Both the position numbers and the translations under genes were made by a program. Below the pieces are notes generated by a model. It was not told the DNA's origin and ran no database searches. It was given only the letters and a program-made list of their open reading frames with translations. A stretch of 61,622 nt of DNA, filler included, from Gonapodya sp. JEL0774 (Eukaryota): NCBI GenBank assembly GCA_027604505.1. It is 18 parts of 18 records of this genome, joined end to end, with 100 filler letters (N's around TTAATTAATTAA, not from the genome) between each part and the next. Parts side by side here need not be neighbours in the genome. Positions count along the whole stretch, not along the records: positions 48,050 to 51,370 come from JADIIX010001350.1; positions 51,471 to 54,790 come from JADIIX010001351.1; positions 54,891 to 58,208 come from JADIIX010001352.1; positions 58,309 to 61,622 come from JADIIX010001353.1; 14 more parts are not named here. One strand, given 5' to 3'. This document shows positions 47,950 through 58,852 of the stretch, piece by piece. Position 1 is the first letter of the stretch. Every line of letters starts with the position of its first letter.

Positions 47950-49039
47950 NNNNNNNNNNNNNNNNNNNNNNNNNNNNNNNNNNNNNNNNNNNNTTAATTA
48001 ATTAANNNNNNNNNNNNNNNNNNNNNNNNNNNNNNNNNNNNNNNNNNNNAGGAATATCAGTGCAGTGGAACAACTTACGGGAGTCCTCTTTTCCTTCTGG
48101 ACAAATCGAAGTTTCTTGAGCATGTCCCAACACGACGCACCCACTCCAAAGCTGAACATCGCCGGCATTTGGGCCTGATTGCGGGGTCAAACGAGCAGCA
48201 CATTACGAATGAATAAGAAATGCGTGATTGAAGCCGAGCGCGATGCAAGCAGCGGCGAGAATCGGAGCTGCAATGGACTCTGATGCCGTCTTTCATTCCA
48301 TTGGACGAACCTCCATGACCGTCTTTCCAGACCCTGGTAGTGGAGCCGGTGGTTCCATTTGGGGTCCGTAGATGGGAGCGGACATCGTGGGCGATTGCGG
48401 GAGTCGAGACGTGGTGTTTCCTCTCCTGTCGAAAGTTCGAATGTCAAACGCGGATTGGACCCGTGCACAGTCACCCAGTCCAAGAGGCAAGGGACGGGAC
48501 GCACTGAAATAAAAGAACTCTGTATTTGTTCAGCCTTCGACGGAGATCGTACCGCGTCTGTAAATATTGATGATGTGGAGGTGAAATGAATGATCTGCTT
48601 CACCTGTGAGCACTTGGAATAAGCGGATAACAAGTGGATAGAGGAACGAATGTCGCCGCCTATGAAGTCGCTGACCGTGGAGCTCAGTGTGTGACAACTG
48701 TGACGTGCGACGCGGGATCCAGGCAACCCATCTTTTGACCGAATGTACGTCAACTACTTACAGCATTCGACTGATATACGAAACAATGACGGCAGTTTTT
48801 ACTTAGCTTCTCTAGTTTCTCTATAAGTTGCAGTAGTGATCACCCAATTACAAACCGGAAGTAAAGTCCGTACGTACTGACGCCCAACAACAGCTGAATA
48901 TGAAGAAACACTGATTGTCTCAGACTCACTCCCATTACCTCCGTCCTCTCGGAAAAGTGTGAAATCCAGAAAAGCCCTAACGACCGGTGACCATCACATT
49001 GAACACCGTCTTCTTCCTTCGGTCCGGTTCCGTACTCCG

Positions 49040-51233
49040 TCACTGATCCTCTCTGCCATCCTCCTCAATCATGCTAAACACCCGCCCATGTCCTGCCAGG
49101 CTCGTCACATGACCATTACCTCCAGTGTCCACGGGCGCGTCCGGCTCGTCTCCATCCTGTACAGTGACTGTCACGTCTCCCTCAACCGCCGACAACGCCA
49201 CTTCGTCACTGCGGGACATTCCCGCTTTATGAGCGACGTGTACGCTGCTGAGCCATTCTCTTTTGTCCCCTTGCAAGAACGCCAGCTCCGATACGACTCG
49301 TCTTGGACCAGCACCGTCACCTCCACCATTATCGAGAACTGCTGGCGCCATGTCCTCCTCGACCTGTGACGCCATGCGTGCCCTCAGACCCCATTGCGCC
49401 AGGCCCCCTTCATCTCTCCCCACACTCGAATCGAACGACCTTCCACCGCTCAATGGGTTACTCACAAATCCACGCCCTCCACCCCGTCTCAGTTCACTCG
49501 CCAGCGTATGCCCTGTCCTCCTCACCACCATCCGATTTAGCACACGCACAGCGTCAACAGCGCCACGCCACTTGGTGCGCGCCCAGTGGCGTTTCCGTAT
49601 GAGGGGAGCGATGTTCGCATTGAGAATCTTGGACGACGGAGACGGGGCTGTGGTAGGGATCCTGGGAGACAGAGCATCCCCCTCGGTGGTTGTATCCGCG
49701 CCTTCTGCGGCAGAACCGAGTCCGATCGATCCCGATGATGGCTGTGCGGCGACAGACGGACTGGTTACGCGGGTGGTGGGGAACAGTGCGAACCAGGGGT
49801 GGTCCAGCGCCGCAGCTGCCGAGATGCGCAGGGCAGGGTCTGGATTGAGCAGGAGTTTGATGAGGGATTTCGCTGGGGTTTGCGTGGAGTGTTGGCATGG
49901 TAGAGGGGGCAAATATGTGGAGATGAGACTAAGAATACCTATGCGGCGTCGACCACTGAGCTTTCCAATCAACACAAACAACTTAGTCCCAATATACTTG
50001 ACAACCAGCTCATCTTCACCACGGTTCCGCATCGGCCAACCGCTCCTCCCTCGTAACCGCACCCTCCACTCACCTTCATCCGACACCATCCCCCAGTGCT
50101 CCTCTGGATAGAACGAAAATCTTCCTAGGAGCACGTTCTGCTGCTCGGACAGGAAGCCGTCGTCTTGAAAGGGGAGGTTTCCGCACAACCTGGGCGTTGA
50201 CGGGGTGAGGGGCGGGTGGTTGTTGGCGGGGGGTGGTTGGCACACGGGTAGCACTCAACGCCATCGCAGCAAGCGGATCCTAAAAGGGGAAGATGGACTC
50301 ACAACAAGTACGCCACCACGCCCACCCCCCAACAATCAACCTCCTTCCCGTATGCGGCGCCCTTGATGACCTCGGGCGCTACGTACCCCACCGTGCCCAC
50401 TCTGGTGTTCATGAGGTCCGCACCATTGCGGAGCACGCGGGAGATTCCGAAATCTGCCAGGAGGAGGTTCGACGAAGGGAGCCAGGTGGTCGTTGCGGAG
50501 GTGAAGAGCGAGGTGGTAGACGGAGAGGGGTGGATGGTGGACGACGAGGTGGGCGGGATGGGTTGGGGATCGGGGGACGGGGAGGTAGGTGAGGTGGGTG
50601 AGGAGGGGATGGGACCCCATCCCCAGTCGGATGTGGGAGGTGGTGATGACGGTGGAGGGACGGGAGAAGGAGCTGGGACGCCCCAGCCCCAGTCGTCTGT
50701 GGGTGCAGGGGAGGTTGTGAGGGGTGATGGTGCGGCAGGAGCGGACAATGTCGTGGGCGGTACACCCCGTCCCCAATCCGTGGTTTGTGCAGCAGCGGAG
50801 GACATGGTGGTGGGTGGACCGGTAGGTGCTGCGTTGGGAGCCGGAACTCCCCACCCCCAGTCTTCAAGTCGCTCGTGTGGTGCGACCTCAGATGCACTCG
50901 CAGCGACAGCTCGTTGTTGGAGAGAGTTGGTTGTCGCAGGTGTTGGGTCACTCCAGGCTGCTCTGAGTGGAGAGTTAACGAGCGGTTTGGTGGATACAAT
51001 CGCGGTAGGGGGAGGGGGCGGGGAAACCACACGATCGGTGGCGGCTGTCTGCGTTGGTGGAGGATTGGTCGTGGACGTTACAGTGGCCGTGCTCCCACTC
51101 GAATCCGTCCGTGTACGTGACGTCACAGTGGCGGACGTTCCCTGGCGTCGCGCAAGTGCAGGGGATGCAGAACGTGATGGTGCCTCTGGCGGTGGGGGTG
51201 GTGGGGGGGTCCGGAGGAGCAGGTTCTCAGGCT
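49040..51233 (-). CDS. CAMK-group Ser/Thr protein kinase (C-terminal half) with a large insertion, 5'-partial
   Basis: PENLLL...LADFGISR..NTRVGTVGYVAPEVI..YGKEVDCWGVGVVAYLL/LCGNLPF/AKSLIKLLLNPDPALRISAAAALDHPWF, then a calmodulin-binding-like ARTKWRGAVDAVR. Confidence 0.88.
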
Positions 51234-52539
51234 AGGGGAACGGGGTGAACGGTGGGGTGAGTGTCGGGGAATGCGGGGAAAGGATGAAAACTTGAGTCAG
51301 CACATCTGATAATGCAGAATAAAGCAAGCTCAGGGAGCCCTCCTCGGGTATATTGAAACGTTGTGTTCCTNNNNNNNNNNNNNNNNNNNNNNNNNNNNNN
51401 NNNNNNNNNNNNNNTTAATTAATTAANNNNNNNNNNNNNNNNNNNNNNNNNNNNNNNNNNNNNNNNNNNNGAAGGGGAGGGAAGGGTGGCATGGGCGGGA
51501 GGCCGGGGAGCGAGTGGATGGGAGGGGAGGCAAGTGGACCAAGAGAAGTGCGAGGGGGGGTAAGCGGGATCGGGATCGTGATCGGCACCGGGACCGGCGG
51601 GGAGGGAAGCAGGGCGGTGGCGGTGGCGGCGGTGGCGGTGGCCGTCGTCGAGGTGGACGGCCGTGGTCGGACGGCGAGCACGACCAGGCCGACGACGACC
51701 GCAGCAACGAGGACGGGAACGGAGACGGCACCGACGAGAACGAGAACCAGCACGAGGACGATGACGATGACGACGGGCTCGCGGAGTACGTCAAGGTGGA
51801 TCTGGACGGTGGGAAGGGGATGGACCAGATGGTGTCGTTCAATGGTGAGTGGAATTCCACCGGGCCAAGGCCGGAGGAGGGGGCGGGAAGGGGAGTTTAG
51901 GGTTCGCTCGGCTGAAACGATGTCGCCTTTTGTGTACTTTTTTCTCAGCGCTCATCGTTGCCGTGCCCTAAGTTGCGGAAACGGAGTGTGGACAGGGCAA
52001 CTGGGGGGACCTCGTGGAGGACCTGGAGATGCTTGAATGTGGCACAAGGTGAGGATACAACGTGAAGTGAAATGGGGCGAATCGGTGCTACCGAGACGGG
52101 GAACGTATGGAGGACGGTGCTGCTACGGCAAGTGGTTTACCCCTGATCAGAGCCAGGAGGAGACTTCATTCTAATTTTTGTACAGAAAGTTGATATATTA
52201 TATGGATACATAACGTAGGAATATACGGGGCGGATGTTTAAGGACCATATTATTAGGCCGCTCAGTGGACCAACACAACAGGGGAATACATTGTAGTTCT
52301 ACCAAGGGAGGAAGGAGGCCGGACATTAATATTGGGACTCGGCATCATAAGGCAGAAGACTTGGAGACTTGCAAGAAAAGCAATCTGGAATCAGGAATCA
52401 TATTGACCTGCGCCACCCTGGCCAACGGAAGAACCAGTTTATACGCACCTTGTGTAGGAACCCCTCCGCACCCCCGCGACTCTTCTTCTTCTGCACTCTC
52501 TCGCCCCCAATCCGACTATTCACTCTGTTGTCTATACCA

Positions 52540-53430
52540 ATGGCCGCACTCTCTCACGCTGCACTGTCCAAGGACAACTGGAGCTCCCACGCATCTGAAT
52601 ACCAGAAAACCCTCGGCTCACGTCAACCAAACGCAAACCCAATCACACCCACCATCATCAATCTTATCCACTCCGCAAACGCTGCTCGCCCCTTCTCCTC
52701 AGCCACCCGCATCCTCGATGTCGGCACCGGCACGGGCTCAGTCGTCGAAGCTCTGCTCTCAACTCACAACACTGACCTCCCTCCGACCACACAAATCGTC
52801 GCAAGCGATTTCTCGGCCGGAATGGTCGCCATCGTGCAGAAAAAAGCACAAGACCTCGTCGCAGAGGGTAACGAGGCCTGGAAACGAGTTCAACCGACTG
52901 TGATGGACGCCCAGGACATGTCCGCCGTGGAATCATCCAGCGTGTCCCACATCACGTCCAGCATGGTCCTCATGCTGGTACCCGACGGCACCAAAGCCGT
53001 TCACGAGATGCACCGCGTGCTCCAACCACACGGTGTTGCCGCGATCAGCACGTGGGAGAAGGTCGGGTGGATGGAGATCGCAGCCCAGGCGGTCGGACGC
53101 GTGAAACCCGGCCAGGAGCATGTCTTCAAACTCCCTCTGGCGTGGTCCACACCGGCCGGTGTCCGTTCCGTCCTTGAACAGGCTGGGTTCGTCGACGTGC
53201 ACGTCTCGTCCCACCCCACGTTCTTGTCCGTGGTCAACCCCCGGGAGTTTTCGGACTTCTTCATCAAGGGTTCTAACCCTGGCACGTTGATGCTCGTCGA
53301 TGGCATGTCCGAGGAGGAGAAGGGCAGGGCCGCGGAGGTTCTCCATGACATGCTGTTGGAGAGGTTTCCGGACGGCGCGGGCAATCTGGAGGGTACAGCG
53401 ATTGTTGCTACGGCGAGGAAGGGAGCTTAA
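52540..53430 (+). CDS. Class I SAM-dependent methyltransferase (intronless)
   Basis: RILDVGTGTG (motif I), ASDFSAGMV, MDAQDM, EMHRVLQPHG. Confidence 0.9.
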   Translation: MAALSHAALSKDNWSSHASEYQKTLGSRQPNANPITPTIINLIHSANAARPFSSATRILDVGTGTGSVVEALLSTHNTDLPPTTQIVASDFSAGMVAIVQKKAQDLVAEGNEAWKRVQPTVMDAQDMSAVESSSVSHITSSMVLMLVPDGTKAVHEMHRVLQPHGVAAISTWEKVGWMEIAAQAVGRVKPGQEHVFKLPLAWSTPAGVRSVLEQAGFVDVHVSSHPTFLSVVNPREFSDFFIKGSNPGTLMLVDGMSEEEKGRAAEVLHDMLLERFPDGAGNLEGTAIVATARKGA

Positions 53431-54333
53431 ATAGACGGACCGCGGTGTTCCCATTGCGGGTGGGCCGTGGGGCAGGGAGGGGGGAGGCGGGGGGCCGGGC
53501 GGGGGGTGTTACATGATAAATCGAGAAGATGTTGCACTCAATATCAGAAAAACTTCTCTATTTTATACTTGCTTAAAATGAAAAACGAACACAGACTAGC
53601 CGTGTATCGCACACAACCTGGAGATTTCATTTGGCTTTCAATTTGAACAGAAAAAATAGAGGTGCGGCACACCCTTTGCAAAGCATCATCTTCCTGTGTG
53701 TACCACATCACCAATCGGAATGTGACCCAATGGGACGCCAGGTCCAACACCAGCAGGCGAGCCGCAGAAGGGGTGTGCAGGGGCTTGAGACTTCGCGGGG
53801 TTCCGAACACCACACGTGTCCCGCGGGGGAACTGCTCAATGGACGCGCGCGTACTGGCCAATCGGCCGCCGGCGCAAAGGTGTGCATGGGCCGCGTGGAC
53901 ACACAGTCGCTGCGCCACGACAAAGCGCTGCTTGTGCATACGGGAGCCGAAAAAAGGCCAACTGGTGCCATCATCATGAAGAACTTTCAAAGAGAATATA
54001 ATATTGATTGATTTGTTGAGAATCTGTGGTTCAGGATATTGTGAGTCGCTCGGTGGTATGGTGCGAGAATAAGGAGGCGGAGAATCCATCAGCAAGGACC
54101 CTGTGGGCGACTGGACGGGCCGAACATTCGAACGCGTCACCTTGTAGCTCATAAAACCGAGCAGCTCCAGACTCAATCGATTTATTCGGCGTTCGGCGAC
54201 TCTGTTCCCCGCTCCGTGGAAATTGTCGGTCTCGCCGAGTTCTGCAACACCTCGGGTTCTTGGTTCTGGCAGACCGAAACTGTGTCCGATTTGCTTCCGG
54301 TGCCCCCCTCTCTTTTCACGTCTGCACCGACAA

Positions 54334-54790
54334 ATGGCGGCACTCGATGCCCTCAACTCACCCACCACGGCACACCAGGAGGTCCAGGACCACGTGTCGC
54401 ATCCGGACATGGCCGGTGCTGTCACGGCGACTTCCGCTCTCATCCCCGACGACGTGAAGAAGAACGACGTCGAGTCCGTCCAGTCGCCCTCGCCCTCTGC
54501 ACTCGAATCGGCCACTCCCCCTAATTCCCCTCCCGGCATTTCCCTCGCTCTCAACTTGATCCTGGCTTTCGCTGGCTGTGTCGCTGTCGAGAACAATTAC
54601 GTGCTCCAACCCATCTTGGCGACCCTCAGAGACTACTTCCACGTACAGGAGTCTGCCGCGGGCACGTTGCAGGCTATGATACAAGTCGGTAGTCACCGCT
54701 TTCGGTCACTTTTTTTTTTGATTTCACCTGAATCTATCTTTGCCCATCGTCACTCCACCCACACCGTCACCACCCTCCAGGGCGGCTTCG
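54334..54790 (+). CDS. MFS transporter, N-terminal part (3'-partial)
   Basis: TM1 LNLILAFAGCVAVENNYVLQPILATL followed by AGTLQAMIQ, resembling the ANxYYxQPLL-type MFS subfamily. Confidence 0.7.
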
Positions 54791-55018
54791 NNNNNNNNNN
54801 NNNNNNNNNNNNNNNNNNNNNNNNNNNNNNNNNNTTAATTAATTAANNNNNNNNNNNNNNNNNNNNNNNNNNNNNNNNNNNNNNNNNNNNCAAGCTTGCT
54901 TGTAGACTCGGTAAATCGAGGATTCCAGATTGGCATGCACGGATGGTTCGTAGTTTTGTTTTAGTTCGGCACCATCTATGCGAAGGTATGGAAACTAGTC
55001 GCTGCTGTTGATTTACAG

Positions 55019-55595
55019 GTCCCACTGCGACCTGGCTAATCCCACAAACTGCCCCTACGCTATCGAGATTGATCAACTCATGTCTGTCATCAGGAGCATC
55101 ATTGGCAAAACTCCCAGCTACTTCCGCTTCCCCTTCGGAAGTTACAATCAAGCCGCATTGAATTACATTCGCGGTAAAGGACTTCGGGTGAGAACGCAAG
55201 TTCGACAGATTATGTTTTATGAGACTCCGTTCTCTGACCTCAGAGGGCCCGTCGTATGTCGTATTTGCTCAATTTCTTAAAAAGGCTGTTCAGTGGAGCA
55301 TCGACACCCTCGACTATTCAAATGTGAATGGCGCGCTCGGAGTCATTCAGAATTCACTCAATGGCGTTAACTCGGGGAGGTGAGGATGCTTCTACGGCGA
55401 CGAGATTCGTGATCCAATAAACATGAATTCATCCTTCAATCCCTCCGGTCCATCAGCTCATCATCCATTTCACTCAGTCATGATGTTTGGGCAGCCCAGT
55501 ACCTCGACGCAGCAATTACATTCATTCAGTCAAAGGGCTACCGATTGGTCACAATTGCTCAATGTGATGGTGATCCTTCAGGAGGGTACTTCTAG
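55019..55595 (+). CDS. Polysaccharide/chitin deacetylase (CE4, NodB domain), C-terminal part
   Basis: SHCDL, YFRFPFGSYN, VQWSIDTLDY, HD, KGYRLVTIAQC motifs across three exons. Confidence 0.85.
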
Positions 55596-56088
55596 AGGTT
55601 CAAGCAAGTTGAAAAAGATCCCTCAACAAGCGTTATCAAATTCCTTTCTTGGCATTCTTACAAGGGCGGTTATCCAAAGTAAACGTTTTAGTCACTGAAC
55701 GATGTGATAGAAAAGGGCCGATTCCCAGATGCGTTCTGTTTCTTCGTGTCGTATTTTCGAGAGCCGTCTTTGCGAATCCTTTGTTATTACTGGGAGAATT
55801 ATGTGTTGTTGAGCGTGGTGAGAATTCTCGTATGTAATCAACAATAGCATTCGTTCTTAGCGGAATGCCCCTACGCAAATGGTCCGACACTCAGAAAGGC
55901 TTTTTAGATTCGCGAGACTGAGGAAACGTTTGTGGGTTGTGCTCAACGAGTCTGCTGTCTCAGGTCTGGTCTTCTGAGGGCTTTGGATACTGAGGCCACG
56001 GGCGGTCCATGATTCCTTCATGCTCATAAGCGGCCGTCCCACTTTGCTCACCAATACTACACATTTTCCCACAGAAGCGTACTCAGAA

Positions 56089-58208
56089 ATGCCACCACGC
56101 CGCAGTACCCGAAAAGGTGACGCACCTGACCCTCCAGCGAAGCCAGAACCTGTTGCAATGAAGGGTGAGTTGGAAACACTTGTTCGCGGTGGAGATGTTT
56201 GGAATCGTCAGGACTCAACGGCTCCTTATGGCGTCTTCTATTCTGCAACTAGTTGAATTCTTCCAGGATGTTGTATTCGCGTTCACTGCCACTGTCGACA
56301 AGAGCGCGGATTCCAAGCGTCTTCGCGAAATTGTCGAGGAGAACGGCGGAAAAGTCATGGCGAGCGTCACCAAGAAGGTATCGATCAACAGAATCTCTGA
56401 CTAAATTTCAAGCAAACCAATCAGTGTTGTACATATTGCTTTTGCCATCGGACAGGTTGACTTCCTCATTGCTCTGGCCACCGATGCCGATGGAAAACCG
56501 TCCGCCAAGTTCAAGTCCGCGCAGTCTTCAGGAATTCCCATCGTTACACCGGACTTCCTTGTGGCCTGTGAAAAGGATGGGAAGAAGGTTGATCACGACA
56601 CGTATGTCGTGGGAGCCACGAAAGATGACCCAATGACGGTGGACGACAAGGATAAAAACGATACCAGTAAGACCGATGCGGTGGATGACACCAAGGTGGA
56701 TGCTACGGAAGAAGCTCCAAAGGGAAAGGGCAAGAAGCGGAAGGAGCCGGAACCGGACGATACTCTCCCGGAACCACCGAAAATGGTGAAAACGATTCGC
56801 AAAGGGAGAGCCGTGAGTTGGTGAACTTGCTCATTCATGGTGGTGTGTTCGTTGGTGTTTACACCTGTATTCCCGAATCTACTTTCCGTATCAGCCTGTC
56901 GATCGAATTTGCTCGGTCGCCTCACAAGCACACGTTTATGAAGCACCAGATGGGACATTGTACGATGCGATGCTGAACCAAACCAACATTTCAGCAAATA
57001 ATAACAAAGTGTGTATCTCGCCTCGATGAAAGTTCAAAGGGACACATTAAACCCGCGATTCAGTTTTATGTTATTCAGGTTCTTGAAGCCGACAGTGGCA
57101 ACAAATACTGGACATGGAATAGATGGGGCAGGTGGTACGCTTGATAGAAAACGTTATGAGTCCATTACTGATGCCCAGCCTGGTCTTGCAGAGTTGGAGA
57201 AGATGGACAAAACTCCATCAAGAGCTTTGCCGCGCTCGCACCCGCCATCTCCGACTTTGAAAAAAAGTTTAAAGACAAGACTGGGAACTCGTGGTCAAAC
57301 AGGGACAGTTTTAGCAAGGTCGGAGGGAAGTACGACTTGGTGCAAGTCGATTACGGGGTGGATGACGGGGAGGACGAGGAAGAGAAGAAGAAAAAGCAGG
57401 AAATTAAAGAAGCCGCAAAGGCAAAGGTGAGCATACTTGTGGGATTGGGATTATGAACTCCCTGAGTTCTTGCTTGATCCCTTCCAGGCCGAGTCCACTC
57501 CATCGACTCTTCCCAAAGGTGTTCAAAACCTCGTGAAGCTCATTTTCAACTTGAACATGATGGAACGCGAGATGGCCGCCCTGGAATATGACTCTCGGAA
57601 GATGCCGCTTGGGAAATTGTCCAAAGCTCAAATCAAGAAAGGATATGAGGTCCTCAAACAGATTTCCGAGGAGCAAGGAAAAACACCCCCAAATCCAAGA
57701 ACAATCATGGATTTGTCATCCCAGTTTTATACCATCATTCCGGTAAGTTCCAGAAGCTTAAAACTGAGCGGATAATGGGGTGCAATTGATGGTATCCAAC
57801 TCTCCTGCCATCGTTTGTTATCAGCACGATTTCGGTCGACGTACTCCACCCTCCATCAATACTGCACCGCTGCTGAAGAACAAGCTCTCCATGCTAGAAG
57901 CTCTGGCCGACATTGAAATCGCGACCGAACTCATGAAATCAGCCGATGAGAACGCCAAGGAGAATCCCGTAGATGCGCAGTTTGCAAAACTTGGTTGCGA
58001 GATGGAAGAGGTACCGAAGGGTGGAGATGTCTGGAAGCTGGTTGAAAAGGTAAGATTGTCGCCGACCAAAGAATCTCAGCATATTAAGGTTTTTGCATGT
58101 GTATCTCACACTACCCAATGGTACGCTTTTGGGTCTAGTACATTTCCAATACTCACGGAGATACTCACTCAAGATACACTTTGGAGATTGAGGACATTCT
58201 GAGCGTGC
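56089..58208 (+). CDS. Poly(ADP-ribose) polymerase, fungal BRCT-WGR-regulatory(-catalytic) type, 3'-partial
   Basis: BRCT (IVEENGGKV..SVTKK), YDAMLNQTNISANNNKFYVIQ, WNRWGRVG (WGR), KMPLGKLSKAQIKKGYEVL, SSQFYTIIPHDFG, LEALADIEIA. Confidence 0.92.
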
Positions 58209-58852
58209 NNNNNNNNNNNNNNNNNNNNNNNNNNNNNNNNNNNNNNNNNNNNTTAATTAATTAANNNNNNNNNNNNNNNNNNNNNNNNNNNNNNNNNNNN
58301 NNNNNNNNTGGTGTCTTCATTACTTTACTACCGGTATTTGTGCTTTCCAAGAGTGATACATGCCTAATAATCAACTTCTCAACAATAAAAAACGATCCGT
58401 GTGAATGTATGTAAAACAATGTGACCGACACATCGAGAAACGAACAGCAAAGGAGGTGAGCGAGGGGAGTTGGCACCAGGGATTACCCACAATTGTCTCG
58501 ACAACGCTGTTCAATGAGATTTACAATGCCCAGCTCATGCCAAATGAAAAATATTTGTACCCCAAAAGTCTTCGTGAGGCTGCAGGTTTTTCTTTGGGCG
58601 ACACGGTTGAACTTCCAGAGTGTGGGGTAAACTTTTGCCGTGGTCCACTGATTTGGATCCGACACCGGTGTTCTCGCATGGTCGACAATTCAATCGCTCA
58701 CGAGAAAAATACGCTGACACCACGCAGGGAAATAGAGCAAAGACGAATTACTTGCAGGCGCCTGGTGATTCCGTCTCACGACCTTGCAAGTTCACATTTT
58801 TGGTGAAGAATATCTTCGGAATCTGCACTCGCCTGGAGCTGCCGACAGCACG

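Noticed and set aside
53544..54596. 350-aa minus-strand ORF
   Set aside because: No motif, non-ATG start, and antisense to the MFS gene; likely spurious.
3345..58308. Regularly spaced TTAATTAATTAA palindromes flanked by Ns, superficially an array
   Set aside because: Artificial six-frame-stop linkers joining length-sorted contigs; not biological and not CRISPR.
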